NCBI RefSeq assembly: GCF_964194155.1
Contig: NC_135886.1
Location: forward strand, 119,350,001 to 119,414,000
DNA: 64,000 bases
Direction: 5' to 3'
From: Cetorhinus maximus
Taxonomy: Eukaryota
Both the position numbers and the translations under genes were made by a program. The notes under the pieces were generated by a model, which was not told the origin of the DNA, did no database searches, and saw only the letters and a program-made list of their open reading frames with translations. Below, one piece after another: positions 1-12,150 of this stretch (positions are counted from its first letter, which is position 1; every line of letters begins with the position of its first letter).

Positions 1-455
1 ACAACTTTCCCACCACAGATGTCAAGCTAACTGGCCTATAATTTCCTATTTTCTGCCTCCCTCCCTACTTGAATAGAAGGGTTATATATGCTAGTTTCCA
101 GTATGATGGAACCTTTCCAGAATCTAGTGAAATATGGAAAATTAACCCCAGCGCATCTACTGCCTCATTAGCCACCTCTTTTAAGTCCCTAGGATGAAGT
201 CCATCAGGACCCGCAGACTTGTCAGCCCGCAGCTCCATCACTTTGCTCAGTACCATTTCCCTAGTGATTTCAATTTCACCAAGTTCCTCTCTCCCTTTCA
301 CCTCCTGATTTGCAGCCATTACTGGAATGTTTTTTGTATCCTCTATAGTGAACACAGAAGCAAAATATTTGTTCAATTCTTCCACCATTTCCTTATTATC
401 TACTATTAACTCCATTCTGTCATTCTCTAGAGGACCAACACTATACTTTTTACCT
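1..455 (-). mobile_element. CR1-type LINE ORF2 fragment (family A, HER1-like)
   Basis: ORF 65..541 translates to ELNKYFASVFT...KSAGPDGLHPRDLKEVA...SLDSGKVPSYWKLAYITLLFK, the typical CR1 pre-RT/RT-start region. Confidence 0.9.
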
Positions 456-569
456 TTTCTTCTCCTAACTCGTATGTACGTACAAGCAGATGATCTTAGT
501 GTGTGTAAGTGTGTGATAATCAGATGACTTTTGGGTTTCACGCAGTTGGATATAAATATCCCTCTGCTC

Positions 570-1765
570 TGACAGCCAAGCTTTCAGCTATCTAGGCCCT
601 ACTCTCTATATTTCCTTCCCCAAATCTTTCTCCCCTTTTCCTTTAAGACCCTTCTTAAAACACAACATGTTGATCAAGCAATTAAAAACTTGATCAAAGA
701 GGTGGATTTAAGGAGGGTATTAAAAAAGGAGAGGGAAGTGGCGAGATGGGGGAGTGGGGGAAGGGTTGGAATTTTGGTGATGGTATGGTGATGGTATGAG
801 GTTTGTGACAAGGGCCAGAGCCAATGGCTTTGGACTACAAGAAATTGAACTCATTCAGCACTGGATATTGTACAAGCAGTCTGAAAACACAGAATTAACA
901 GACAAATTGAGAAAGGTCAATGTACATCTGGAGCATATATATGGAGGCTGAGGAAGCCAAAGGTAGATCCTTATGGGATTTCAGTGGGAACAGACTGGAG
1001 GTGATAGGAAATGGAGATGCTCAGGCAATGACTGAACAGGCAAGAGTGGAACTGTGCAAAGGTAGTCCCATTGAGCTCAACAATTGAAGGGAGGTATTGG
1101 TGGAACATGGTGTAATTGGCCGTGTCAAAGGCTGCAGACAAGTCAAGAAAGACAAGGAAAGAAAATACACCATTGGCACACTTAGAGAGGATGCAATTAG
1201 CGATTGATTTTTATGATGGTCATTTCAATGCTGTAGCAGGGTGACAAATCTGATTGGGAGATTTAAACGTGGGTTTGTGGAAAGGATTTTAGGGATTTGA
1301 CAAGTCCAAAAACTTTAATGATGGAAGGTTTAGTAGTTTCCAAGTCAGAGGGGTTGAAGGTTATTTTTGAGGTGGGAAATGATGATGGTGGTTTTGAGAA
1401 AGAAGGAGACAGTACTCTTGGAGAGGAAAACACATTTTCAGCTAGCCTGTGGTCCAGGAAGAGACATTTGGTGGTCAACAGTTTGGTGGGAAAGGGGTTA
1501 AGGAAGAATTTCATGAACAATTATGAGCTTGGTATGAGGGGAGATAGGAGAAAATTTAGAGAAAGATGTGGATTCACAAGGGTGAACCTTGGGGGAGGTT
1601 GGGCCTTGTCAAGGGAAAGGAGGGATGTGGAAAAGGTAGCTGAACAGTTAGTTTCAATCTTAGTGACAGACTCACCATGGGGTGAGGGTGGAGTGAGCAG
1701 AGGAAAGGAGTTTATAAAAAGGGTTGGTAGCGGAGAAAAGAACCTTGCTCTCCAGGATGATCCTT
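570..1765 (-). mobile_element. Degraded L2-type LINE fragment(s)
   Basis: Minus-strand pyrimidine-rich ORF2-like peptide (FFSPLPTL...VTKIET) and L2-like 3' tail motifs (ctttaagacccttcttaaaac; aaagaggtggatttaagg). Confidence 0.6.
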
Positions 1766-1771
1766 GAGTAG

Positions 1772-2112
1772 TGAGCAATTTTGCAGAGAAGGCTCCTTCG
1801 ACAGCACCTTCCAAACCCACAGCCATTACCATCTAGAAGGACAAGGGCAACAGATAGATGGGAACTCCACCACCTGGAAGTTCCTGTCCAAGTCACTCAC
1901 CATCCTGACTTGGAAATATATCGCCGTTCCTTCACTGTTGCTGGGTCAAAACCCTGGAACTCCCTTCCTAATAGCACTGTGGGTGCACCTACACCACATG
2001 GACTGCTGCAGTTCAAGAAGGCAGCTCACCACCACCTTCTCAAGGGCAACTAGGGATGGGCAATAAATGCTGACCCAGCCAGCGAAGCCCATATCCCAAT
2101 AAAAAAAAGAAA
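1772..2112 (+). mobile_element. 3' end of CR1-superfamily LINE (family B) with A-rich tail
   Basis: HHPDLEIYRRSFTVAGSKPWNSLP peptide; 3' tail caagggcaactagggatgggcaataaatgc followed by poly(A); the same tail recurs many times in the window. Confidence 0.85.
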
Positions 2113-2265
2113 CAAAAATCCTTCCTCAGTCAAGTATGTTCCTTAGTAAAGGTAACAGAAGATACATTTATCGCAAGTTATCTATGAATTCAAATACTCA
2201 TTAAAAGCATTTTTCTATAATTTAGCTCCTCAGTTATTCAAAAGCTGATAAGTTACAGTTCTTAC

Positions 2266-2498
2266 CTGTAGCTCATGGCTGACCACAATGTTGACTTTTG
2301 GAAGAGAGATACCAATAGCACGTTTCTTCAGCTTGCTAAACCAAGTGTTGAGTTGTTCCTTTGTTAATAACTTCTCTACCCTCTCCAGAGGTTCTACATG
2401 ACGTGACATTATGAAAATCATACTGGAATATTTGTGTGCCAGGGGCATCTCAACAATTTGAACCTTATTAACCTCATCTTCATAGTAATTATACAGTC
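2266..2498 (-). CDS. SERPINH1: HSP47/serpin H collagen chaperone, coding exon 3 (233 nt)
   Basis: Acceptor tttttcag|, donor CAG|gtaag; translates to [50 protein letters not shown]...[15 protein letters not shown], colinear with HSP47; the final RDEL exon is outside the window. Confidence 0.95.
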
Positions 2499-3125
2499 CT
2501 GAAAAAGTAATTTGTAGTCACATATCAGAAATGACAAGCACTTCAATGCAGGTTTCTGAATTCTCATTGTGATTAAAGACCCCAGTAGATGACTATTATA
2601 AGATCTACAAATCCAATAAAGTTTTAATGATAATTAGATAAAACATTTTGTATTAATACTTTATTTTCATTGCACTTTAGAGAATCTTAGTGGAGAAAAT
2701 TTAATGGAAAATACAATTCTTTTCTCCAAAAACATATATTTCTCTATTTTTGAAAGTCTTCTTCCCTCCCCTACTGAAAGCAGTAACTTCATCACTGGCG
2801 TCTGGTTTTAAGGTTGTCTAGTGTCCTTTGCTCAAGTAGCCATCATCAGATGTGAGCACTGACCATCACTGTACCAAGACTAACTATGAAGAGCATCACT
2901 GTCAAGCCTAACCCTTCCCTCATTTGTTGTCCATCCACACTTCCAGTTGAAGTCACTCTACAGCAATCTGTGGCATGACCTTTGAAAATGTCCCCATAAC
3001 GCAGAGCACTGAAGCCAAACATAGCACCCCTCAAGTTACTCAGGCTATTAATTCATCAAGGATCAAACCTAGGACTTTCCTTGTCTGCATGACTTAAAAA
3101 CATGCTACAAATTTCTAATACTTGC

Positions 3126-3224
3126 CTGTACGGTGCATCATAGGTACAGAAACAGAATGGGTTCTAGTCACCATAAAACCTCTTTTATCAACCAGGGTAT
3201 CATGGAATTTTTCTTCCCAGTGTG
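3126..3224 (-). CDS. SERPINH1: HSP47/serpin H, coding exon 2 (99 nt), followed by a GC-AG intron
   Basis: Acceptor ctttcacag|; translates to [34 protein letters not shown]; donor CAG|GCAAGT; phases (1/1) fit both neighbouring exons. Confidence 0.95.
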
Positions 3225-3334
3225 CTGTGAAAGCAAATTAAGAATTAAGTTTGTGGTCAAATGCATGCTCACCGAATATTTGCGTATGAAAACTGTGACC
3301 ATTTAATATCAAACCCTTTATCACTGATACTCAC

Positions 3335-3917
3335 GTTTGAAATACATGGCATTAACAAAAAAGGCACCATCAACACTAGACACATCTTTTGTGATTTCTC
3401 CCAGTTTTCCATCTGTTGTCTGAGAGGCCCATTCATTGATGGATTGGATTGTACTCCTCTTGTCCCTGAAGTTAATCTTGGAATGATCATGCTTGTAGTG
3501 CGTTTTGCTTTTCTGAACAAAGTCATCCTTGAATTTGACTGAACTTGGTCCATACAGGCGGCTGCCAATCTTCCAAGTGGTGTTGCGGGTTGTTTCATTG
3601 CTGACCTCATTAAACAATTCTGAGAAAGTAGGATGAAAAACATCATCATGCAAGTTGATGTTGAGGAGGGACTTCACCTGTTTGGCTGTTTTATCTTTGG
3701 CCCCCAGAGACATCACTCCCAAGGAGGAAGCCACCACCACAGGTGAGAAGAGGAGGTTCTCAGATGACAATTTCTGGTCTTTGACCATGGTCTTGTAGAG
3801 ATTGAGGGCCAGGTTTATTGTGCTGTCTGCTAGCATGGAGCCATGTTGCTTCAACATCATAGGATCTGCTGTTACCACAGCAAGTAGCAGGCTGAAGACT
3901 ACTAATTTCATCTCCAT
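3335..3917 (-). CDS. SERPINH1: HSP47/serpin H, coding exon 1 (signal peptide plus N-terminal serpin domain); exon starts at 3948
   Basis: [17 protein letters not shown] signal peptide; HSP47 signatures [58 protein letters not shown]; donor C|gtgagt; acceptor tttgtccaacag| at 3949. Orthologue versus paralogue status is not resolved. Confidence 0.93.
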
Positions 3918-4639
3918 GGATTTGTCCAGTAAATACAAGCCAAGAGAACTGTTGGACAAAGAATGGAATACAATTATTTCGAAGAACTCAATTTAGAGAT
4001 CCATACAGCCTATCTTAAAGTATTAGAGTATTTACAATTTGGAAAAAGAAATGCTTTCTCAGAAAGGCCTAGATTTTAACTGCCAGTAGATTTCCAGCAG
4101 GAAACCACACCATCAAGGTTAATTTCACAACACCCATGGCAGAATGAGATCTAGCCAAATTTTATGGCTTTACCTCATCCCACCACCAACTTCCCACCTG
4201 CTCTGGACAAGACATGACAGAAAATGGCAGTCTGGAGGATGCCCTCAAACAGCAGCTACATTGCGGGAAGAGTTGCATCCTGACATATGTTGGGGGCGGG
4301 TGTGGGGGACAAGGGCAGTGAGGCCGTGGCAGCTGAGGCCTATACTTTTTGTGAGCCTGGCCCCACAAAATAAGTTAAAAATAATTAAATGTTGCCTTTT
4401 TGGATTTCTTCTCGCATTAATATGCTTCTTTGCTGGGTTGGCCTGATAAAAAATCACTTGTCGTTTCCTGCTCAGGCTGCCTAGTAAAGGTTGTAGTCGG
4501 GGCCCATGACATCATTGGCACCTCACATCATTTGGCACCTGACACACGTATGAGAAAAGACTCTTGTCAGCTACAAACTGATTAAGTAGATTAAAATCGT
4601 GATTCATCAATTCTCAGCAGCTTTAGAGCATGTAAGAAA

Positions 4640-4915
4640 GGGGAGATGGTGTAGTGTAATGTCATTGAACTAGTAATCCAAAGGCCCAGGCTAATGCCAA
4701 GGGGACATGGGTTCAAATCCCAACATGGTAGAATTTAAATTCAACTAATAAAATCTGGAATTGAAAGCTAGTTTTAGTAATGATGACCATGAGAACCACC
4801 ATTAATTGTTGTAAAAACCCATCTGGTTCACTAATGTCCTTTAGGGAAGGAAATCTGCCATCCACATCCCATGAAAGCAATTTTAATTGCTCATCCAATG
4901 TCCTTTAGGGAAGAA
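4640..4915 (+). mobile_element. tRNA-derived SINE (3'-truncated)
   Basis: A-box-like tggtgtagtg and B-box ggttcaaatccc; body matches the copies at 17972, 22357 and 43780. Confidence 0.85.
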
Positions 4916-4917
4916 AT

Positions 4918-5062
4918 AAAAACAAAAAGCTAAAAGCTACTGCGGATGCTGGAAATCCAAAACAAAAACAGAATTACCTGGAAAAACTCAGCAGGTCTGG
5001 CAGCATCGGTGGAGAAGAAAACAGTTGACGTTTCGAGTCCTCATGACCCTTTGGCAGAACTC
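4918..5062. mobile_element. Penelope-like element terminal fragment
   Basis: actgcggatgctggaaat...aaaactcagcaggtctggcagcatc...gttgacgtttcgagtcc motif, repeated at 12558, 14295, 15795, 36860 and 62250. Confidence 0.7.
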
Positions 5063-5697
5063 AGTTAAACTGTTACCTGTTATAACTAGATCTACTGGTG
5101 CACTCAACATTTACTCACCTATTACGGGGGGAAAGGAACTAATAAACACTAAAGTACAGTGGTTAAGTTAAAATAGTATGAGATATTTTTGGGTGGGGAG
5201 GTTGTTGTCACGATTCCTTCATGAAGTTTTGGCTTTTTTTTACACTTTATTTAGTACAATATCTAGCAATTGTGAGTGAACAATAATTTTGCCTTTCAGG
5301 CCAAAAATACATTTATTCCTAAAAGTAATAAATATTTTAAATACAAAAATGAAGTATTTATATTTATACAGAATGCAATGCAACTTAATAGGAATCACTT
5401 CCAATTAATAGGAATCTGATATACCCATGTTCATGTGTGAGTTGAAACCTACAATAATCCTGGACAGCAGCATATGTTACATTCACCAGGAAAATGCCTC
5501 ACTATCACAACTGTCTCTGTACTGGACACCATAGAGGACGTGGACGATTATTCAGAATTTGCTAATTTACCTACCTCAAATAAATAACCTTATTGTTAAG
5601 TAATTGCAAAAAAGAGTTGAAATTAACTTAATGAAGGATCACAGCAAAACATTAACATATGGAGCTTCTCAAAGTTATGAGAGATTTTAAGGAGGAT

Positions 5698-6608
5698 TGT
5701 TATAACATGGCAGATGATGTGTGTCAGGTGGATCAAATCCACGAGGGAAACTTGATCATGTGGTCACAACTGGTTTACAATTTGTATTTTATTTTGAGAT
5801 GCATGCCCTGAACTCAGAAATAATAAGACTACCACGATTTCAGAGGTTTTTAGAAAACTAAATTAAACATTTATTAACAAAAGAAAAGATTTCAAGTGCA
5901 TGCATAGTTCTACAAATTACTATTATAATAACACCTAAAACCCCTAATTAATCTGACTTCCAGTTACACCTCCGTTAAGGCAATAGTAAAAAACAAATAG
6001 ATTTAAACAGATCCAGGCAAAGCCACAGAGTACCCTGGTCAGTTGAATTCAAAGTGAGTTTTCTCAGCTTCAGTTCCTGTAGACAGCAACTTGATGCACA
6101 GAGGCTGGAGGCTTTTCACACTTGTGTTAGATCTTAGAATGCCTTCTCCTCTTACACATAGCCTCATCTCCTTTATACATGTTTCTCCCTTTTTAATACA
6201 AATTCCATTGTTCTGACATGTCTTTGCAACTTTACTTTTCTCACAACATAAATCTCTCATAGTACCAATATTATCAGTAACCGTTGGGGAAAATAAACAC
6301 ACTGTTTGGCTTGGCTTCTTCTGGCTAGATGTAACATCCTACCATCTCTTTGAAATTCAAACTAACCTAATTTATCTATAAATGCAAATTTTCCTTACAC
6401 CTCACATCCTAAAACTTTAGCTATGTTTACATATTTAGCATTTCAAACCTAGCATCTTGTTGATGACTGAAAACCTCCAGACCAGCTGTCTCCAATCAAT
6501 TAAATCACACACATACACACACACACACAAACTATCCAAACCCCACTATTAACCTACCTTTACAATCAATCGCAATAATATTATGAGAATTATTATATTT
6601 TCATGACA
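5698..6608. mobile_element. Solo LTR with 5-bp TSD (AGGAT)
   Basis: Begins TGTTATAA, ends TCATGACA; AGGAT at 5693-5697 and 6609-6613. Confidence 0.8.
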
Positions 6609-7895
6609 AGGATAAACTGTGAAAGATGTTTCCACTGGCTGGCAACTCAGAAACAAGGGAGCATAAACTATTAGAATAATGAAATAGAGCATTAGAAGAT
6701 TTTTCACTCAAGAGGGACATTAGGACAATGGTTGTTGTGACAGGATACTAAAATATTATTAAAAAGGAATTAGATAAATGTATGAAATGGAAAAACATAA
6801 ATGATTATGGAAAAATCAAAGAAACAGCATTCCAACAGGTAGTTCCAGTTGAAGATCTAACATTTGCACTGGTATGAACTGTGAACTGGCCTTCTTCTCT
6901 ATTGTAATTGCAATAATTAATCTGTCTCTTTCTCTTTCAGATGCCGATCAAACTGCTGTGCATTTCAAATGGCTTCTGACTTTAAAACTTTAAAGCGTGT
7001 ACACTGTTAATGACAATACTGAGCGGGTACTTCACATGCTCACATTAATGAATGCGCTGGACTTTTTTAGTGAATGGTGCTCACCACTAACAACAGAAAG
7101 CTGCCCACTAAGATTAAGCAAACCATGAGCCACAGATTTCCCCTTTCCTGACATCCGTTTGAACCTGGTGCCAAGTTTAGTGATCTCCAGGCATCCAGCA
7201 ACTATGAGGGCATCAGCAGGGTAAGCAGCCAATCACAATGAAGTATTCTCACAGACGGAAAACCAGGAAGTAAAAACCATTGAAACCCTTCACTTATAAT
7301 TTTTAAGCTTTACAGGTAGTGAAATAAATGACTGGAACATATGCATGGAATAAATGTAGAAGCTAAAATATCATAAACTTTTGTTGAACTATGGAATTTA
7401 TTTTTCATAATGGAAAAATCTGATATTAGACCAATATAAAAATACTCTATTTAAAGGGCAGTGAGGCTGTTTAGTAGTATTTATGAATTAAGTATATTGT
7501 TAAAAACAGTTACAACTAATTTAGCAAGGTGCAACTTTTTCAAACGTTATTACAACTAGACCATCAACATAACAGTAGAAATTCATGTCAGTTAAGTCAA
7601 AGGGAACCTCAATACCTTCTGGAGATGCATAGAATCAGACAGCAAATTCCGGATTTCTGCACTTAATTGTGCACGTGTGTAATCCAGAATTTGCTGTCAG
7701 TTGCAGAGGTCAGCTGAAATTTGTGTTCTCCGGTGGATGTGAATGACTGCCTCCTTCATTTTGAAGTTTGTCATCTATTGTATAAGGTTTAATCCCCTTA
7801 TTTTATGTGGACATTGACAACCATAATAAGGGCATTCAGAGTATTCAGAGAGTGAATGATTACAGTCAGTACCATTGCAAAATCCGGGCTAGTAT

Positions 7896-8689
7896 TGTGA
7901 TGGAATCCATGCTTTCAAGGTTTTATTATTTTCAGGCAGACCCGAACTGAAAAGGGAAACAGAGAAAGGAAACTGACTCTTTCAGTTTCTAAGGAAACTA
8001 AAATTGAAACTGCAATTTGAAACCAAAAATTAGAGGAAGACTGAACCTGGTTGAAAGATATAAAAAGATACAGATCCAAGCTTGGTAGTAGCAGTTGAAG
8101 AGTCCAGTGGTGCAGTACAGGCAAACTGAAGAAGACAAAGTCCAGATCCAGAAGCTAAGTTGCTGCAGCTATTTTTGTTACTTGAAAATAACATTCGTGG
8201 ATCTATGCCATCCAGACCAAATTGAGGAGGCTCTTCAAACATTGGCCATTTGTGGTGAAGACTGTGCCTTTGGGTCGGTTGTGCACTGTGGTCGGCTCTG
8301 GATCAGGCTAAATCCCAGAAGGAGAGGAGCTGAAATTCTCCATGAACGGAGAGTTTTGAAGGATCTTGTACTGTGTCTGATGACCTATATACTGTGTGGA
8401 CTGCTGAGCCAATTCATAAGATCTGACTTAGTTGTATCTGCCATTTAATGTGTAAGTTATAGCTTATTATCAACCAAAATTTGCTTGTTAATAAGTTAAT
8501 TTATGTCCATTCTGGATGTTAAAGTATTGGAGGTTATCTAAGATAGTATTCAGTGTTTGCTTTGTTTGACTCTTGTCTAGTAAAAAATCTTCTGTTTAAA
8601 ACTGTGGAATCTTATGACTTCAGTCTTTTAGTTAATAACTGGGATTTCAGATTTCTTCTATTTAAAAAACAGTTACCGAGGTCATAACA
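7896..8689. mobile_element. Solo LTR with 4-bp TSD (GTAT)
   Basis: Begins TGTGATG, ends CATAACA; GTAT at 7892-7895 and 8690-8693. Confidence 0.75.
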
Positions 8690-9142
8690 GTATGTGCACA
8701 CCTCCACTAAAAGAGCAGAGGGATGCATCAAGCATGCATTATTATTGTCAACAGTAATTTTTAGCTTTTATTGCTCTTACCAGTCAAGTTTGTTTTTTAA
8801 TAAAGGAAATAAAAACCATTACATTAGCAATAAAAAATATAAAGTACAGAAAAATATGGTTTATAGGTCCATGCAGAAGTCACCTTAATTTTCTGCTCAT
8901 GTGGATCTGACTGCCTGTTTCCTTCCATTTTGGGGTTTGCAATTCATTCTATGCTTGCTGATCATCATTATTTAGTCCCTGCATTTTATCTCGATGTTGT
9001 CAGCTCTAGTAAGAGCAGTGCACATTGTTTTCCAGATTACTGCACAGTTGACAAAATAAATCTCCATGAGCATGCAAATAAATTGAAAATAGCTTTTGTA
9101 GTTAAAGATAACTGAAAACTATATCTCCTCCACAAACACTTG

Positions 9143-9837
9143 GGGGAGAATTTTCTCCTTGTTGGGTGGGCTGGGTGGAAGTGGGCGCAGTCGGGCGTGC
9201 AGCTGATCACCGCCTGCGATCGGCTGCGCGCCACTATTTTACGTGGGTGGGCCAATTAAGGCCCGCCCAGCGTGACGCACATTTGGAAGCTCTCAGCACT
9301 ACCTGTGCGGGCGGGGGAAGGAGGGAGATTCGGGGCCTGCGCTCTTTCACGTGCACGGAAATCTCCCTGAGGCACAGAGCTGCCTCAGGGAGATTAATTT
9401 CATTCTCAAAAATTGAAAGAAAGGATAAATAAAATTATTCAGACATGTCCCTTCATGTGACATTGTCACATGAGCTGGGACATGTTTACGAATTTTGTTG
9501 AAACATTTTATTGAAGTTATAAATCCTTCATGAAACCTCATCCCGCCCATGGATGAGGTTCCATGAAAAATGCAAAGGCCGCATGGGCTCTTCGCCTGCC
9601 CGCCAACCTTAAGATTGGATGGGCAGCCCTGACAATTAGTTCAATTAGATTACTAACGGCCTTAACAGGCTTTTAACAGTTCAGCAGACGCACAGCCGAT
9701 TCTGGTGTGCGCCCGCCAAACTGAAGATTGGAATGACGGGCAGTGAAGTCGGGACGCACGCCCAAAGTCACCACATGTCATGTTACGCGTCGGTGTGCAG
9801 GGCCTGCCCCCGCATGCCAAACAGAAGATTCTAGCCC
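9143..9837. mobile_element. Non-autonomous TIR element (Harbinger-type MITE)
   Basis: GC-rich; ends ggggagaattttc...gaagattctagccc; homologous, in inverted orientation, to 46485-47094. Confidence 0.8.
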
Positions 9838-10074
9838 ATATCTCCTCCACAAACTGGCCAGTGCAGATCACAATAGTGTGCTGGAATAAAATTCAAAATT
9901 TATCTATTCAAATTTTCAAATTCCCCAAATGTAATGACAGAATTGTTCAAAAAATGTTTTCACACCCAAATATGTCTGTATAATCTTGAAGAAAACAGAC
10001 CTTTATAGAAGACAACAACAAACTAACATCACAGCTGTAACTATAACTTTCAGAAAGCAACAGCTCTTTGGAAA

Positions 10075-10420
10075 AGAAAAAAGCTGATATTAATATTGTG
10101 CTCTTCTCAACCTCAGGATGTTCCAAACACCTTATCACCAATAAAGTACTTTTGAGTTGTAGTTTTAGTATACAAAATGCAAAAAAAAATGTGCACACAT
10201 CAAGCTCCTTCAAACAGCAAAGCGACAATGACCAGATAATCTATTTTTAGGTGCTTTATCGAAACAGTATCACAAGACCTTTTACATCTATCTGAAAAGG
10301 AAGATGGGGCCTCAGTTTAACATCTATCTGAAACACAACATTCCCTCAGAACTGTGCTAGGGTATTTGTACTCAAGTGGAACTTTAACCCACAGCCTTCT
10401 CAGTGAGTGCTAGTCTTGAA
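10075..10420 (-). mobile_element. Degraded Deu-domain SINE (SacSINE1/AmnSINE-like)
   Basis: Minus strand reads ttaaactgaggccccatcttccttttcagatagatgtaaaag, resembling the DeuSINE core. Confidence 0.55.
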
Positions 10421-11089
10421 GCACAGCTAACCCACAAAAGCTTTTATGCTTCCAGTTCATGTTCACTGAACAATGGAAGCAATTAAAGTACGATAGATTG
10501 GGATTAACAGCCTGCTTACAGCTGATCCACCTGGTTGTTGTTGACAAGCTCCAGGCTAGTGAAACAGATGCCCTTTTTGTAAAACTAGTAAAGTGACACA
10601 CGGATTATAACACCATCAAGTTAAAAAAACTGATGGTTGACATTTATGACACTGGCACTGCTTAAAATGTTAACAATCAAACCCGTACATAGGGTAACCG
10701 AAAGTTTGCAGCCTCGAAATCTTTTCAAAGGGATGTACATCTTTGCCAAGTTCATTCTGAAAGATATAACAAATACAAATGAAGGCTATACAGTTCATTC
10801 AGTTATTCTCTATCATAACAATGCATTATACTGCATGGAGGGGGAGAAGTACGGACTCAAACTCCTAATTTTAATTTTCTGCAATTGCATTTTAAGCAAT
10901 TTGGATTCCAGTTAAATTAGATTGCAATCATCACATAATTGTCTGATGTTGTGCTGAATGCACTAATTATTGGCAAAGCTAATCAGACAATTTATAAGGC
11001 TATATTATTAGAAACATGGTAACATTGCTAATTCATAATTAAAATAGATGCATGCCTTACTAAATACAAGATCTGCCAAGGTTTAAAAA

Positions 11090-11370
11090 TAAGAGACCTC
11101 CCTTTTAAGACAGAGATGAAGAGAAAATATTTCTCCCAAAGGGTCATTGGTGTGTGAAATGCTCTTCCTCAGAAAGTAGCAGAGGCTGGGTCTTTGGATT
11201 TATTCAAAGCAGAGTTAGACAGATTTTTGTTAGGCAAGGGAGTCAAGGGTTATGGGGTGGCAGACAGGAATTTGGAGCTGATACCACAACCAGTTCAATT
11301 ATGATCTTATTGAATGGTGGAGCAGGCCCGAAGGGCCAAATGGCCTACTCCTGCTCCTATGTTCCTAAGA
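11090..11370 (+). mobile_element. CR1 family A 3' end
   Basis: FKTEMKRKYFSQRV-like peptide and tail gggccaaatggcctactcctgctcctatgttcc. Confidence 0.8.
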
Positions 11371-11904
11371 TTCAAACAATTGCTCATCCAAATCACTTAC
11401 AAAATATTTTTAGGGGCCTTAACTAAAATAGTTCTACATCAGGATTGTCCAACATAAATTGCTAACGACCTTAGCCACATGCACTGTTTTTAGTGAAAGC
11501 ACCTTATGTACAGGTTCCACCATTCAATAATGCTCCACCATTCAATAAGATCATACATACTTCACATTACTATAACAAATGCCTACCATCACATCAACAA
11601 GGTTAAAGGAAGCAAAGTACTCAACAATCATAGAACAATTCAAACACTTTGCTTTTCGTCTTACCATTGTAGCAACAATATACAAAATGTTAAAGTGCAC
11701 ATGCAAATGCCAAGTGAATATAAGTATTGAGATCACACCCCCAATGACAGTGACAATGTACTAATCAGAAATGCAATTAGCTACATCTGGATTCCTGTTT
11801 TACCACATATGGCCAGTGGCAATGTATCTAACAATATACATCAAGCATCTTGCAGAATTACCAGAAATGGCTTGGTTTTGGCAAACTCCATTCATGTCTC
11901 TCAC

Positions 11905-12150
11905 ACAAAGAGAGGCACCAGCTTACTAAGCAAGCTCAAAGTATACAGAGCCGGTGTTCTGACAATCCAGCATTATGCTCGAGAAACTTGGACAACATAT
12001 TTATGTCACATTAAGAAACAAGGCTGCTTGGGATGCATAATGAAGATCAGATGGTAAGGCAAGACCTCTGACAAGGAAGATCTTAAAAATGCTGACATGA
12101 AAGCTTGGCTATGCTGATCAAGTCCTGTGGTGCAAACATCTGATGAATGA
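11905..12150 (+). mobile_element. RTE-type LINE fragment
   Basis: KLKVYRAGVLTIQHYARETWTTY...IMKIRW peptide, typical of RTE ORF C-terminal region. Confidence 0.7.

Noticed and set aside
3269-3649. Overlapping alternative-frame and antisense ORFs on the HSP47 exon
   Set aside because: Shadow frames of a real coding exon with no recognisable motifs
4640-4730. tRNA-like A/B boxes (also near 18040, 22640 and 43850)
   Set aside because: These are SINE heads, not cloverleaf tRNA genes
11516-11548. Short direct duplication tccaccattcaataa (similar ones near 4510, 16806 and 18853)
   Set aside because: Ordinary slippage micro-duplications
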